Shown here: positions 1 through 11,759 of the stretch, in pieces
Layout of the letters: every line of letters begins with the position of its first letter
Position numbering within the stretch: the stretch's first letter is position 1
Source of the DNA: Mobula hypostoma
Lineage: Eukaryota
Length of the DNA stretch: 64,000 nt
Reading direction: 5' to 3'
Assembly (NCBI RefSeq): GCF_963921235.1
Contig: NC_086097.1
Coordinates: 104,348,001 to 104,412,000, forward strand
The notes under the pieces: generated by a model
What the model was told of the DNA's origin: nothing
What the model saw: only the letters and a program-made list of their open reading frames with translations
Database searches by the model: none
Program-made: the position numbers and the translations under genes

Positions 1-59
1 ACAGAACCAAAGAAGTTGCATTTAATCTTTATGAAGTTATGGACAGCACAGTTTTAGGA

Positions 60-2840
60 CCTGGTTGCAAGGTGGAGATGACTGGGAATTAAATATCCAA
101 GGGTATCAGGTAATATGGAAAGATAGGCAGGAAGGCAAAGGAGGTGGTGGGGTGGTGCTCTTGATTAGGAATGAGATCAGGGCGATTGTGAGAGACGATA
201 TAAGATCTATGGAGCAGAATGTTGAGTCCATCTGGGTAGAGATTAAGAAAAGCAAAGGGAAAAAAATCACTGGTGGGTGTTGTCTGTGGGCCACCTAATA
301 AAAATATTGCAGTGGCAGATGCGATTAACCAAGAAATAACTGAGGCTTGTAAGAACAGAATGGCAGTTGTCATGGGGGATTTTAACTTCCACGTAGATTG
401 AGTGAATCAGGTTGGTCAAGGAAGTCTTGAGGAGGACTTCATAGAATGCATCCGTGATGGCTTTCTTGAGCAGCGTGTTAGTGAACCTACAAGGAAAAAT
501 ACTATCTTGGAATCTAGTCCTGTGCAATGAGACAGGTAAGATTAACGATCTTGTAGTCAGGGATCCTCTTGAAAAGATTTTGCATTCAGATGGAGGATGA
601 AATAGTTAGATCTAAAGCTAGTGTATTATACTCGAACAAGGGAGACTACAACGGGATGAGGAAGGAGTTGGCTAATGTGCATTGGGAGCACTGGCTACTT
701 GGTAGGACCGTTAAGGAACAGTGGAATACTTTCAAAGAGATTTTTCACAGTGCTCAACAAAAATATTCCAATCAAAAGTAAGGACAGTAAGTGTGGGGAG
801 AGCCACCCTTGGGTAACTAACGAAATAAAAGAAAGTATCAAATTAAAAGCTCATGTGTACAAAGTAGCAAAGAGTAATGGGAGACTGGAGGACTGGGAAA
901 ACTTTAAAAAGCAACAGAGAACACTAAACAAGAAATAAGGATAGGGAAGCTAGAGTATGAAAGTAAATTAGCACAAAATATAAAAACAGATAGCAAAAGC
1001 TTTTATACGTTTGCAAGTATATACAGCGGAAGAGGGTGGGTAAAGGCAACGTAGGTCCCCTGGAAAATGACAAGGGGAAATTGGTATTGGGTGATAAGGA
1101 AATGGCTGAGGCACTGAATGACTATTTTGTGTCAATCTTTACGGTGGAGGACAAGTCTTATATGCCAGAGAAGAATGTTATGGACGAAATGGGAGGTAAG
1201 GACCTGGATAAAATCACTGTCACTAAAGAGATAGTGATGAGCAAACTAGAGGGCCTGAATGTCCAGGTCCCCTGGTCCTAATGGGATGCATCCCAGGGTG
1301 CTGAGGGAATTGGCGGAGGTTATAATAGACGCATTGGTAATCATTTACCTAAACTCTCTGAACTCTGGGTAGGTCCTGGCGGATTGGAAGACAGCAAATG
1401 TCACGCCACTTTTTAAAAAAGGATGTAGGCAACTATTGGCCAGTTAGCTTAACATCTGTAGTCAGGAAAATGCTTGAAGCTGTCATTAAGGAAGAAATAG
1501 CGAAACATTTAGAAAAGAGTGGTGTCATTAGACAGACACAGCATGGATTCAGAAAGGGCAGGTCCTGTTTGACAAACCTATTGGAGTTCTTTGAGGACAT
1601 AATGAGTGCAGTGGTTAGAGGGGAACAGGTGGATGTTGTATACTTGGATTTCCAGAAAGCATTCGATAAGGTGCCGCACAAGAGACTTATAAATAAGATA
1701 CGGATGCATGGAGTCGGAGGAAGTGTATTGGCATGGATAATGGATTGGTTAACCAATAGAAGGCAGAGAGTTGGTATAATGGTGTTTCTCTGGTTGACAG
1801 TCGGTGGTGAGTGGGTGCAGCAGGGGTCGGTACTGGGCCTGTAGCTGTTTATCATTTGCATTGATGATTTGGAAGAGGGGACTGAGTGTAGCGTAGCAAA
1901 ATTTGTTGATGACACTAAACTGAGTGGAAAAGCAAGTTGTACCGAGGATGTGGAGAGTCTGCAGAGGGATATAGATATGTTAAGTGAATGGGCCAAGGTC
2001 TGGCAGATGGAATACAATGTTGGTGAATGCGAGATCATCCACTTTGGAAGGAATAATAGAAGAGCAGATTATTATTTAAATGGTGAAAGATTGCAGCATG
2101 CTGTTGTGCAGAGGGACTTGGGAGTACTTGTTCATGAATCACAAAAAGTTGGCTTGCAGGTACAACAGGTTATTAAGAAGGCAAATGGAATGTTGGCCTT
2201 CATTGCTAGAGGGATTGAATTCAAGAGCAGGGAAGTCATGCTGCAACTTATACAGGGTACTGGTGAGGCCGCACCTGGAGTACTGTGTGCAGTTCTGGTC
2301 TCCATACTTGACGAAGGATATACTGGTGTTGGAGGCAGTGCAGAGGAGGTTCACCAGGTTGATTCCAGGGATGAAGGGGTTAACCTATGAGGAGAGGTTG
2401 AGTCGCCTGGAACTATACTCTCTGGAGTTCAGAACAATGAGAGGGGATCTTATAGAAACATGCAAAATTTTGAAAGGGATAGATAAGATAGAAGTCGGAA
2501 AGTTGCTTCCATTGGTAGTTGAGACTAGAATTAGGGGACATTGTGTCAAGATTCAGAGGAGAAGATTTAGGAGGGAGATGAGGAGAAACTGTCTTTCCCA
2601 AGAAGTGGTGAATCTGTGGAATTCTCTGCCCAGGGAAGCAGTTGAGGCTTCCTCACTAAATATATTTAAGAAACAGTTAGATAGGTTTTTACATAGTAAG
2701 GGAATTGAGGGTTATGGGGAAAAGGCAGGTAGATGGAGCCTAGTTTAGGGACAGATCAACCATGATTTTATTGAATGGCGGGGCAGGCTCGATGGATCGG
2801 ATGGCCTACTCCTGCTCCTATTTCTTATGTTCTTATGTTA
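60..2840 (+). mobile_element. CR1 LINE, 5'-truncated, frameshifted ORF2 (APE endonuclease + RT)
   Basis: Fragments [56 protein letters not shown]; ends in a (TTCTTATG)n tail at 2822-2839. Confidence 0.95.
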
Positions 2841-3904
2841 TTATACCAGTAGAGTTTTGAAAGACTGCAGAGGATATTTAATGGAAAGATTTGGTGATGA
2901 GGAATAAGAAGGGATAGAGATGATCTAATTCTTTTGGAGGGAAGGATGGTACTGACTTCTGAGAACAGTATTCAATTTTCAGTTTTTTGATAAAGAAATG
3001 AGAAGAAGCTACTATAATCAGATGACACAGATGTAGGGGTAACAGCTGGAGGTATGAACAAATTGGTTTTCTACTTGGGTTACTATCTGGAATATTCTAC
3101 TGAAAGAAATTGTAGGAACACTTAAATCCTTAAGCTTGTTTCATCAGTCAGCACTATTGTGGTTGATAGGTAACTTAACCATAAAATTTTCCCTCATAAA
3201 CTTTAATGTCTCTGACTAGCAAAAGCTGCTTTTCTTCTATGTTGAGTTCCAAGCTTGCTCTCACTGCTTAGCTTCACTCTTGGATTGAATTTTAGGATTT
3301 CACTCAAGGTTTCAACATTTTTATTTAACTGCTAGTTCAAAATGCCTAGCATGCATCTGTCATTATCTGCACCATCAACTCTCCAAGTTATTTTAAAAGC
3401 CAAGAATCTAAATTGAAAAGAATAAACCTTTTTGTACACATTCTCCATTGTAGCTTAACTCTTAGAATTGCAAGTAACCTGATAAAATTCTGGCTGAAAC
3501 CAGACAAGAGAATTTATATTGGGGAGTAAAGAATTGACACCTTGCAGAAGAGGAAGGGTGACTGATAAATAGGCACCTAAGTAGGCAAGATGTAGAAAGA
3601 TTATGGATATCATGTGGGCAAATAGATTTATTGTTGATGGGGGGGCAAGGGTCACCATGGATTTGGTGGGTAGGCGGGCTTGTTTTGGTGTTGGAAATAG
3701 ATTTAGAGGGAATTCTTAGGTTCAGGATGATGAATTCATTGATGGCTGTTTCTGAAATATCACAGATTCTAAATGGCTTACACAAGTTGGAATGTGAAAG
3801 GAGGAGCGAGTGGGGACTACAAAACAGTCAGCCTGACACTAGTGCTAGGAAGATGGCTGGCGTCTGTGAAAGTTGGGCATTTGGAAAGATAATATGATTG
3901 GCAA

Positions 3905-4705
3905 GAATCAATTTCTAATACCATCAAAATTGGCCTTTCTCCAATTTAGAATCACAACCCATGGACCAGACCCATCTTTTTGCATATTTACTTTGAAGCT
4001 AATGGCATTGTGGTCACTAGATGCAAAATCTTTTCCTACACAAACTTCTTTCACCTGCCGCATCTTGTTCCCTAAAACGAGATCCAGTATCACGCAGTCT
4101 CTCGTTGGGACTTCTACGTACTGGTGAAGGGAACTTTCCTGAACACATTTGACAAACACTATCCCATTTAGTCCTTTTACAGTATGGGATTCCCAGTCAA
4201 TATATGGAAAGTTAAAATGACCTACTATAACAACCTTGTGCTTCTTGCAATAGGCTGTGATGTTTTTACAGTCCTGCCCCTCCTGCAACCAAGTCTCACT
4301 AATGGCTACAATGTCATAATTCCGGGTGTTGATCCATGCCCTGAGCTCATCTGCTCTATGATAATTCTTGCATTAAAATATACGCAGCTCAGGGCATTAG
4401 TCACACCATGCTCAACTGTTTGATTCCTGACTTTGTCTGGGGTCTTAACAACACTTGTCTCCACAACTTCTCCACGAACTGTTCTGGCACTCTGGTTCCC
4501 ATCCCCCTGTAATTCTCACTTAAATCCCACTGTACAGTATGAACAAACCTTCCTGCTAGGATATTAGTCCACCTCCAGGTGAGATGCAAGCCATCCCTTT
4601 TATATAGGTCCCACGTTCCTGGGAAAAGAGCCCAATGATCCAAAAATCTTATGCCCTCCCTCCTACACCAACTCCATAACCACGTGTTAAACTGGCCTCA
4701 CTAGC
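3905..4705 (-). mobile_element. CR1 fragment (ORF1 esterase C-terminus + ORF2 endonuclease)
   Basis: Minus-strand DHWALF...DLYKRDGLHLTW and VVIVGHFNFP...SSDHNAISF. Confidence 0.85.
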
Positions 4706-4709
4706 ATGT

Positions 4710-7572
4710 AGCAGGGATTTCAGGGAGTTAGGTGCTAAGTTAAAGGACAGGACCACCGGGGTTGTGATCTCAGGACTGCTACCCGTGCCACATGCTCGTG
4801 AGGACAGAACAAGGAAGATTATACAGTTTAATATGTGGCTAAGGAGTTGGTGTTGGAGGGAAGGCATAAGATTTTTGGATAATTGGGCTCTTTTCCAGGG
4901 AAGGTGGGACCTGTACAGAAGGGATGGCTTGCACCTAAACTGGAGGGGGGACTAATATCCTAGCAGGTAGTGAGGAGAGACTTGATAGGGCAAAATTGCA
5001 ACGGGATGAGTTGCAATGTAAAAGGTGGACAAAATCAAAAAGGGTGAATACAGGACTGAAGGTGCTAGATTTCAATGCACACAGTATACAGAATATGGAC
5101 TAAGGTAGATGAACGTGTAGCACAGTTACTGATTGCCATGTATGATGTTGTAGTCATCACTGAAAGAAGATTATAGTTGGGAGCTTAATGTCCAAGGATA
5201 TGCATTGAGTTGAAAGGACAGGCAGGAAGGCAGAGGGGCTGGCGTTGCTCTGTTGGTAAAAAATGAAATCAAATCGGAAGGAGTTGAATCACTATGGATA
5301 GAACTAAGGAACTGCAAGGGTAAAAAGGCCCTGATGGGAATTGTATACAGACCCCCAAACAATAGTAAGGATGTTCGGAAAATTAGTTAGGAAATTTAGT
5401 TAGAAAAATTCAGTCGCTAGGTATACATGGAGATGTGGTAAATTGGATTAGACATTGGCTCAATGGAAGAAGCCAAAGAGTGGTAGTAGAAAATTGCTTC
5501 TCAGAGTGGAGGCCTGTGACTAGTGGGGTGCCACAGGGATCAGTGCTGGGTCCATTGTTATTTGTCATCTATATCAATGATCTGGATGATAATGTGCTAA
5601 ATTGGATCAGCAAATTTGCTGATGATACAAAGATTGGAGGTGTAGTAGACAGTGAGGAAGGTTTTCAGAGCCTGCAGAGGGACTTGGACCAGCTGGAAAA
5701 ATGGGCTGAAAAATGGCAGGTGGAGTTTAATACAGACAAGTGTGAGGTATTGCACTGTGGAAGGACAGACCAAGGTAGAACATACAGAGTAAATGGTAAG
5801 GCACTGAGGAGTGCAGTAGAACAGAGGGATCTGGGAATACAGATACAAAATTCCCTAAAAGTGGCGTCACAGGTAGATAGGGTCATAAAGAGAGCTTTTG
5901 GTACATTGGCCTTTATTAATCAAAGTATTGAGTATAAGAGCTGGAATGTTATGATGAGGTTGTATAAGGCATTGGTGAGGCCGAATCTGGAGTATTGTGT
6001 TCAGTTCTGGTCACCAAATTACAGGAAGGATATAAATAAGGTTGAAAGAGTGCAGAGAAGGTTTACAAGGATGTTGCCGGGACTTGAGAAGCTGAGTTAC
6101 AGAGGAAGGTTGAATAGGTTAGGACTGGAGTGTAAAAGAGTGAGGGGAGATTTGATGGAGGTGTATAAAATTATGATGGGTATAGATAGAGTGAATACAA
6201 GCAGGCTTTTTTCCACTGAGGTACATTGGCCTTTATTAATCAAAGTATTGAGTATAAGAGCTGGAATGTTATGATGAGGTTGTATAAGGCATTGGTGAGG
6301 CCGAATCTGGAGTATTGTGTTCAGTTTTGGCCACCAAATTACAGGAAAGATATAAATAAGGTTGAAAGAGTGCAGAGAAGGTTTACAAGGATGTTGCCGG
6401 GACTTGAGAAACTCAGTTACAGAGAAAGGTTGAATAGGTTAGGACTTTATTCCCTGGAGCGTAGAAGAATGAGGGGAGATTTGATAGAGGTATATAAAAT
6501 TATGATGGGTATAGATAGAAAAAAAACAGAGGACATGGGTTAATGGTGAGGGGGGAAAGTTTAAAGGGAGCATTGGCGGGGTTTCTTCACACAGAGAGTG
6601 GTGGGAGTATGGAATGAGCTGCCAGATGAGGTGGTAAATGCTGGTTCTTTTTTAACATGTAAGAATACATTGGACAGATACATGGATGGGAGGTGTATGG
6701 AGGGATATGGTCCGTGTGCAGGTCAGTGGGACTAGGCAGAAAATAGTTCGGCACAGCTAAGAAGGGCCAAAAGGCCTGTTTCTGTGCTGTAGTTTTTCTA
6801 TGGTTTCTATGTGGCCTATAAATTACAATGGGAGATAGAAAATGCATGCCAATAGTCATGGGGGATTTCAATATGCAGGTAGATTGGGAAAATCGGGTTG
6901 CTGCTGGATCCTAAGAGGGGGAATTTCTAGAATGCCTATGAGATGGCTTTTTAGAGCAGCTTGTGGTTGAGCCCTATTGATCAGCTATTCTGGATTGGGT
7001 GTTGTGCCATGAACCAGAATTGATTAGAGAGGTTAAGGTAAAAGAACCCTTTGGGGGGAAAGTGATCATAATATGATCGAATTCACCCTGAAATTTGAGA
7101 AGGAGAAGCTCAAGCCAGATGTATCAATATTAATATCAATATCAATATAATAAGGGAATTACAGAAGCATGAGAGAAGAGTTGGCTAGAATTGATTGGAA
7201 AAGAACACTGGCAGGGATGATGGCGTAACAGCAACGGCTGAAGCAACTTGGAAGGCACAGGGTATATACATCCCAAAGAGGAAGAAGTATTCTAAAGGAA
7301 CAATGACATGACTGTGGCTAACAAGAGAAGTCAAAGCCAACATAAAAGCCATAGACAGGGCATATAATAGAGCAAAAATTAGTGGAAGTTAGAGGATTGG
7401 GAAGCTTTTAAAGACCAACAAAAGGCAACTAAAAAAAGTCATTAACAAGGTAAAGATAGAATATCAAAGTAAGATAGCTAATAATATTAAAGAGGATACC
7501 AGCTATTTCTTCAGATACATAGTGTAAAAGAGAGGTGACAGTAGATATTGGACCACTGGAAAACGATGCTGA
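4710..7572 (+). mobile_element. Decayed CR1 (ORF1 end to ORF2 N-part), split by a younger CR1 at ~5375-6810
   Basis: VISGLLPVPHA...DGLHLNWRG, then endonuclease ..VYRPPNNSKD| which resumes after 6810 with IVMGDFN...SDHNMIEF. Confidence 0.85.
5375..6810 (+). mobile_element. CR1 3' fragment with internal ~300-bp tandem duplication
   Basis: [28 protein letters not shown] present twice (offset 320 nt); TTTCTATG-type tail. Confidence 0.93.
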
Positions 7573-7699
7573 GTAATACATAGGCACACTTTCTGTTTAC
7601 CAAGGAAACAATTCTGCAAACCACACTTAGGCTGATTCTTGGCAGAGAATCTTAAATATACTTGTTTCATAGATACTGATCTGATTATCGTTGTTCCAC

Positions 7700-8720
7700 A
7701 GTGGTCTCAAGTCACAAAGTAAACCAGCACAGAAGTTGGCTGTTCAGCCCAATACGTCCATGCCGACCAAGGTGCCCAACTAAGCGTTTGGCCCATTCCC
7801 TATCTATTTACGTATTTAAATGTCTTTTAAGTATTATTGTACCTGCCTCAGCCATTGAACAGCTTGTCTTATAAAATCATGAGAGGCTTCAGTAGGGTGA
7901 ATGCAGTCTTTTTTTCATGTAAGGGACACTTAAGTAGCCAAAGCTTGGAAGTCGTGGGATTGGTGTAGATGGGCGAAAAGGTCAGCATGGACGTGGTGGG
8001 CCAAAGGACACACTTCTGTGTCCTTTGACTCTGGTTCAGCCACTCCAGAGTACTATGTACATTTCTGGTCACCACATGACAGAAAGTATCTGATTCAACT
8101 AGAGAAGGTAACGAGAGCATTCATTATGATATTACCTGAGATGGAGTATAGATAGGCTGTGATTGTTAAGCTTGGAGTAGAGGAGGCAAAGGGGAGAACT
8201 GATGGAGCCATGCAAAACCTGAGGGGCTGAAGTAAACTGGTGTATTATTGTTACAAGTACAGTGAAAATCTTCATACTGTTTGCACAGATTATTTTATTA
8301 CACAGTGCATTGAGGTAAAACAACGACAGGGTGCAGAATAAAGTGTTACAGTTATAGAGGTTGCAGTGCAGCTAGACAGTAAGGTGCAAGGTCTTAGTGA
8401 GGTCAAGTGTTCTTATTCCTTCAGGGAACTATTATAACAGTGGGACATGGACAAAGTATTAAGTAGAAAACTTCTGGGGTAAGTGATAAAAGGCTTGCAG
8501 GAGATCTGATAAAGGCCATTTCCTAGAGGATGATTGGAAACAGAAATGCACTGTTGAGGGAGTGGTGGCAGCAAGTATTCACACAACATCAAGACAAGCA
8601 AGTAAATCAGCAAGGCATGGCAGACTACAGGCCAGTAAATGGGATTAGCATGGACTGCTATTAATGATTATCGTGGTCAAGTGGGCTGATGGGCCTGGTT
8701 CTGTGCACTGTGACTGTTTT
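7700..8720. mobile_element. Cluster of old CR1/LINE 3' fragments
   Basis: Decayed CR1 3'UTR motifs (ggccaa..ggcctgtttctgtg) and RT C-terminal remnants in both orientations. Confidence 0.55.
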
Positions 8721-9027
8721 TCAGGCTGCCTTGTCTGCGACTGAGTTTGTATAAGAGCGCGAGTTCAGAGTGTATTCTTACATTATGTGCATGGTAGGTG
8801 ATAGTGATGATTAAAGTCTTGTTGATGTTTAACTTGCAGATTCCTATTGGCTTTAAAAGATGAGTTTTTTTTAATGGGCTGCTGTTTCTTTTACTTTGCC
8901 AGTCAAAAAATGCCATAAAACATGTTTAAAAAGACTTGCCTTTGAAGAACTTATTCTCACTGTAGCAGTGCTTTTGTAAAAAAATAAAGCATGTGACCTA
9001 CTTAAGAATATCATGTTTAATTTACAG

Positions 9028-9309
9028 CTGAAACAGAGAGGACAGTTGTTACCGCTGCTGCTTTTGCTGCAGCCCCATCGATTTCACCATCAGCCCTGTC
9101 CACTGTTACAGAAAACAAGGAATCCAACAACATACATGCCATACCCAGAAGGCATGCACCTGCTGAGCAGCTTGCCAGGCAAGGATCTTTCCGAGGATTC
9201 CCAGTGTTGAGCCAGACAACATCTCCGTTTAAGAGGCAAATGTCACTTCGAGTAAATGAGTTGCCTTCAACAACACAACGGAAAACTGATTTCCAAATTA
9301 AAAATACAG
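9028..9309 (+). CDS. NUMB: Numb internal coding exon (post-PTB, NumbF region)
   Basis: tttacAG acceptor and AG|GTggga donor; 282 nt, phase 1-1. Hand translation AETERTVV...NNIHAIPRRHAPAEQLARQGSFRGFPVLSQTTSPFKRQMSLRVNELPSTTQRKTDFQIKNT matches vertebrate Numb. Confidence 0.97.
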
Positions 9310-10152
9310 GTGGGAAGTCTTGTTGATTTTTGTTGTTTGGGTTAAAAAGAAGCTTAAATTCTAATGGAGGGACATTATTCATACAGTGGTTTCACAGTGA
9401 AAGTATTGGGAGTTGCAGTTTTCAGAAATGTGTAAGTGTCCATTTTGTTTGGATTCCATGGGAATTGTCCTGCTACAAATAAACCCTAAAATAGCTGAGC
9501 AAGGTACTAAAAGCATAATGAGACATTGGTTCCCACTGCAGGTATTTGTGTTGGTATGGACAGGTGGAGTGCATATAGACTTAACCTTCCAGGTATTTTA
9601 CTAAATAGTAGAATTAAAGAAATATCTAACACAGAAGGCGGCAATATGACCCAAAGCCTCCATATCTTCCAGAAAATTAGTTGCACTAATTCTACCTCCT
9701 GCCCTTTGCTTCTTGCTTCATAACAGTTCACCTAGTATTGTTTTAAGTGTGCTGAAGAATACTGTTCATCTCCCTCAATCTTTGGATGTTTGATTTTCCT
9801 TTCAACTACCTCAGTCCTTTTATCTATTACCTTCAATTTATTTACCTCTGTTCTGACTTCACTGCAGAAGGAAATAGTAAATAGTCCCTTCATAGTCATC
9901 TTACCTAGGCTACCTATAAATATCCCCTTAGCTACCTGTATTTTTTTTCTTTAGAAAAAAAGTTTCTTTAGAAAAACTTGTTTTCACGTATAAAATTCTC
10001 CAGCTGCAGCAACATACTCTCAGTTGTGGAGTCATAAGATTATACTTTCTCAGTTACTCAGAAACAAGCCCTTTGGCTCAACTCACCCATGCCAACCAAG
10101 TTGCCTTCTGGACCTAATCCCATTTGCTTGTATTTGACCTCTATCCCTCTAA

Positions 10153-10390
10153 TGGGGGCACCACAATAATGTAGTGGTTTGCGCAATGTTATTACAGCCT
10201 GGGGTATAGGAGTTCAATTCCCATGCCATCTGTAAAAAGTCTGTGAGCATGTAGGCTTCCTCCCACTGTCCAAAGATGTACCAGTTAGTAGGTTAATTGA
10301 TCATTGCAAATTGTCCTGTGATTAGATTAGCGTTAAATACGTGTGTTGCTGGGCAGTGCAACTTGTTGAGCTGGAAGGGCTCTATCAATA
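10153..10390 (+). mobile_element. tRNA-derived V-SINE (HE1-like)
   Basis: A/B-box-like head (tagtggtt...gagttcaattcc), V-core ttcctcccactgtccaaagatgt..ggttaattg, CR1-like tail; related copy at 29550. Confidence 0.75.
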
Positions 10391-10394
10391 GAGC

Positions 10395-11750
10395 TGGAAT
10401 CTCTCAATAAATAAGTAATTCCTATTCTTGAACCTGCCCAAATGTCTTTTAAACATTGTATTCTTGTACCAGCCTCTATCAATTCCTCTGGTAGCTCGTC
10501 CCACATACCCACTACCCTCTGTGTGAAAAAGGTTGCTCTTCAGATCCCCTTTAAATCTTTCTCCTCTCACCCTAGACCTGTACCCTCTAGCTTTGGATTT
10601 GCCTACCCTGGGGAAAGCTCTGTGACCATCCACCTTATTTATGCCCATTGTGACTTAGCCTGCTCCATTCTGGGGAAAAAGAGTTCCAGTCTGTCCCGTC
10701 TGTCTTTGTAACTCAAGCCCCCTAGTCCCAGGAGCATTCCTGTGAATCTTTTCTGCATCTCCCTGGCTTAATCTCATCCTTTATGTAGGTAGGTGACCAT
10801 AACTTAACACAATATTCAAATGCCGTCTCACCAGCGACTTGTAAATTTGTAATATGGTGCCCCAACTCTTGCACTTAGTGTCCTGACTGACGATAGCAAG
10901 CATGCAAAACACACCACCTTCAATACTCTGTCTTCCTGTATTACTATTTTCAGAGAACTATCTACTTGTACCCCTAGGTCTACGGTACTGTAAAGGTCCT
11001 CCCATTCTCTGTGTATGTCCTAAACTGCTTTAACTTTGCAATTGTCTGAGTTAAATTCCACCTAACATTCCTCTTCTCTCTTCCCTCCCCACCTACCACT
11101 TTCCCAGTTGATGTAAATCCTGTTGTAACCTGACACAATCATCTTCAGTGTGTGTCAAAAAATCTTTTAGTGTCATATCACCTGTATACTCATCCAAACC
11201 ATTAACATAAGACAAGCAAATATGGAACCATCACACCATGGATCACAGGCCTCCACTCTGTAAACAACCCTCCAATATCACCCTTGACTCCTATCACCAG
11301 GTCTATTTTGTGTACAGTTAGCTAGCTCACCTTTGATGCCTTGTGATTTAACTTTTTGAACAAACCCACCATTTAATATCTTGTCAAAAGCTCTGCTAAC
11401 TATCTATGTGGACAACATTTACAATTCTTTTTGTCACCACTTCAAAATAAAATTCAATTAAATTTGTGAAGCTCTATATTCCATACACAAAGCCATGCTG
11501 ACTATATTTAATCAGTCCTTGCATTTCCAAATACAGATAGATCCTTCCTCTTAGAATCCCCTTCAGGAATTTTGCTGCCACTGATTGTAACAACTTAAAT
11601 TGTGCCTTTATTTAAGGGGTGGAAGGCCAACATTAGCCACCTCCAGTCTTCCAGTATCTCACCAGTGGCTAAGGAAGTTACAAAAAATCTCTTCCAGGGC
11701 ACCAGCAATTTCTTCTATTGACTCCCACATTTGAGATGCACTTGGTTGGG
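10395..11750 (-). mobile_element. Old CR1 RT/3' fragment
   Basis: Minus-strand remnants of GHR.RVRGERF, AFDK, SQHGF; heavily mutated. Confidence 0.75.
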
Positions 11751-11759
11751 CCACCGAGA

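Noticed and set aside
1433..2038. Antisense ORFs over CR1 RT (also 12629-13033, 45686-46090, 59133-59525)
   Set aside because: Recurrent shadow frames of the same CR1 coding sequence, with no independent coding signal.
10153..10230. tRNA gene
   Set aside because: Only decayed A/B-box-like motifs of a SINE head; no cloverleaf.
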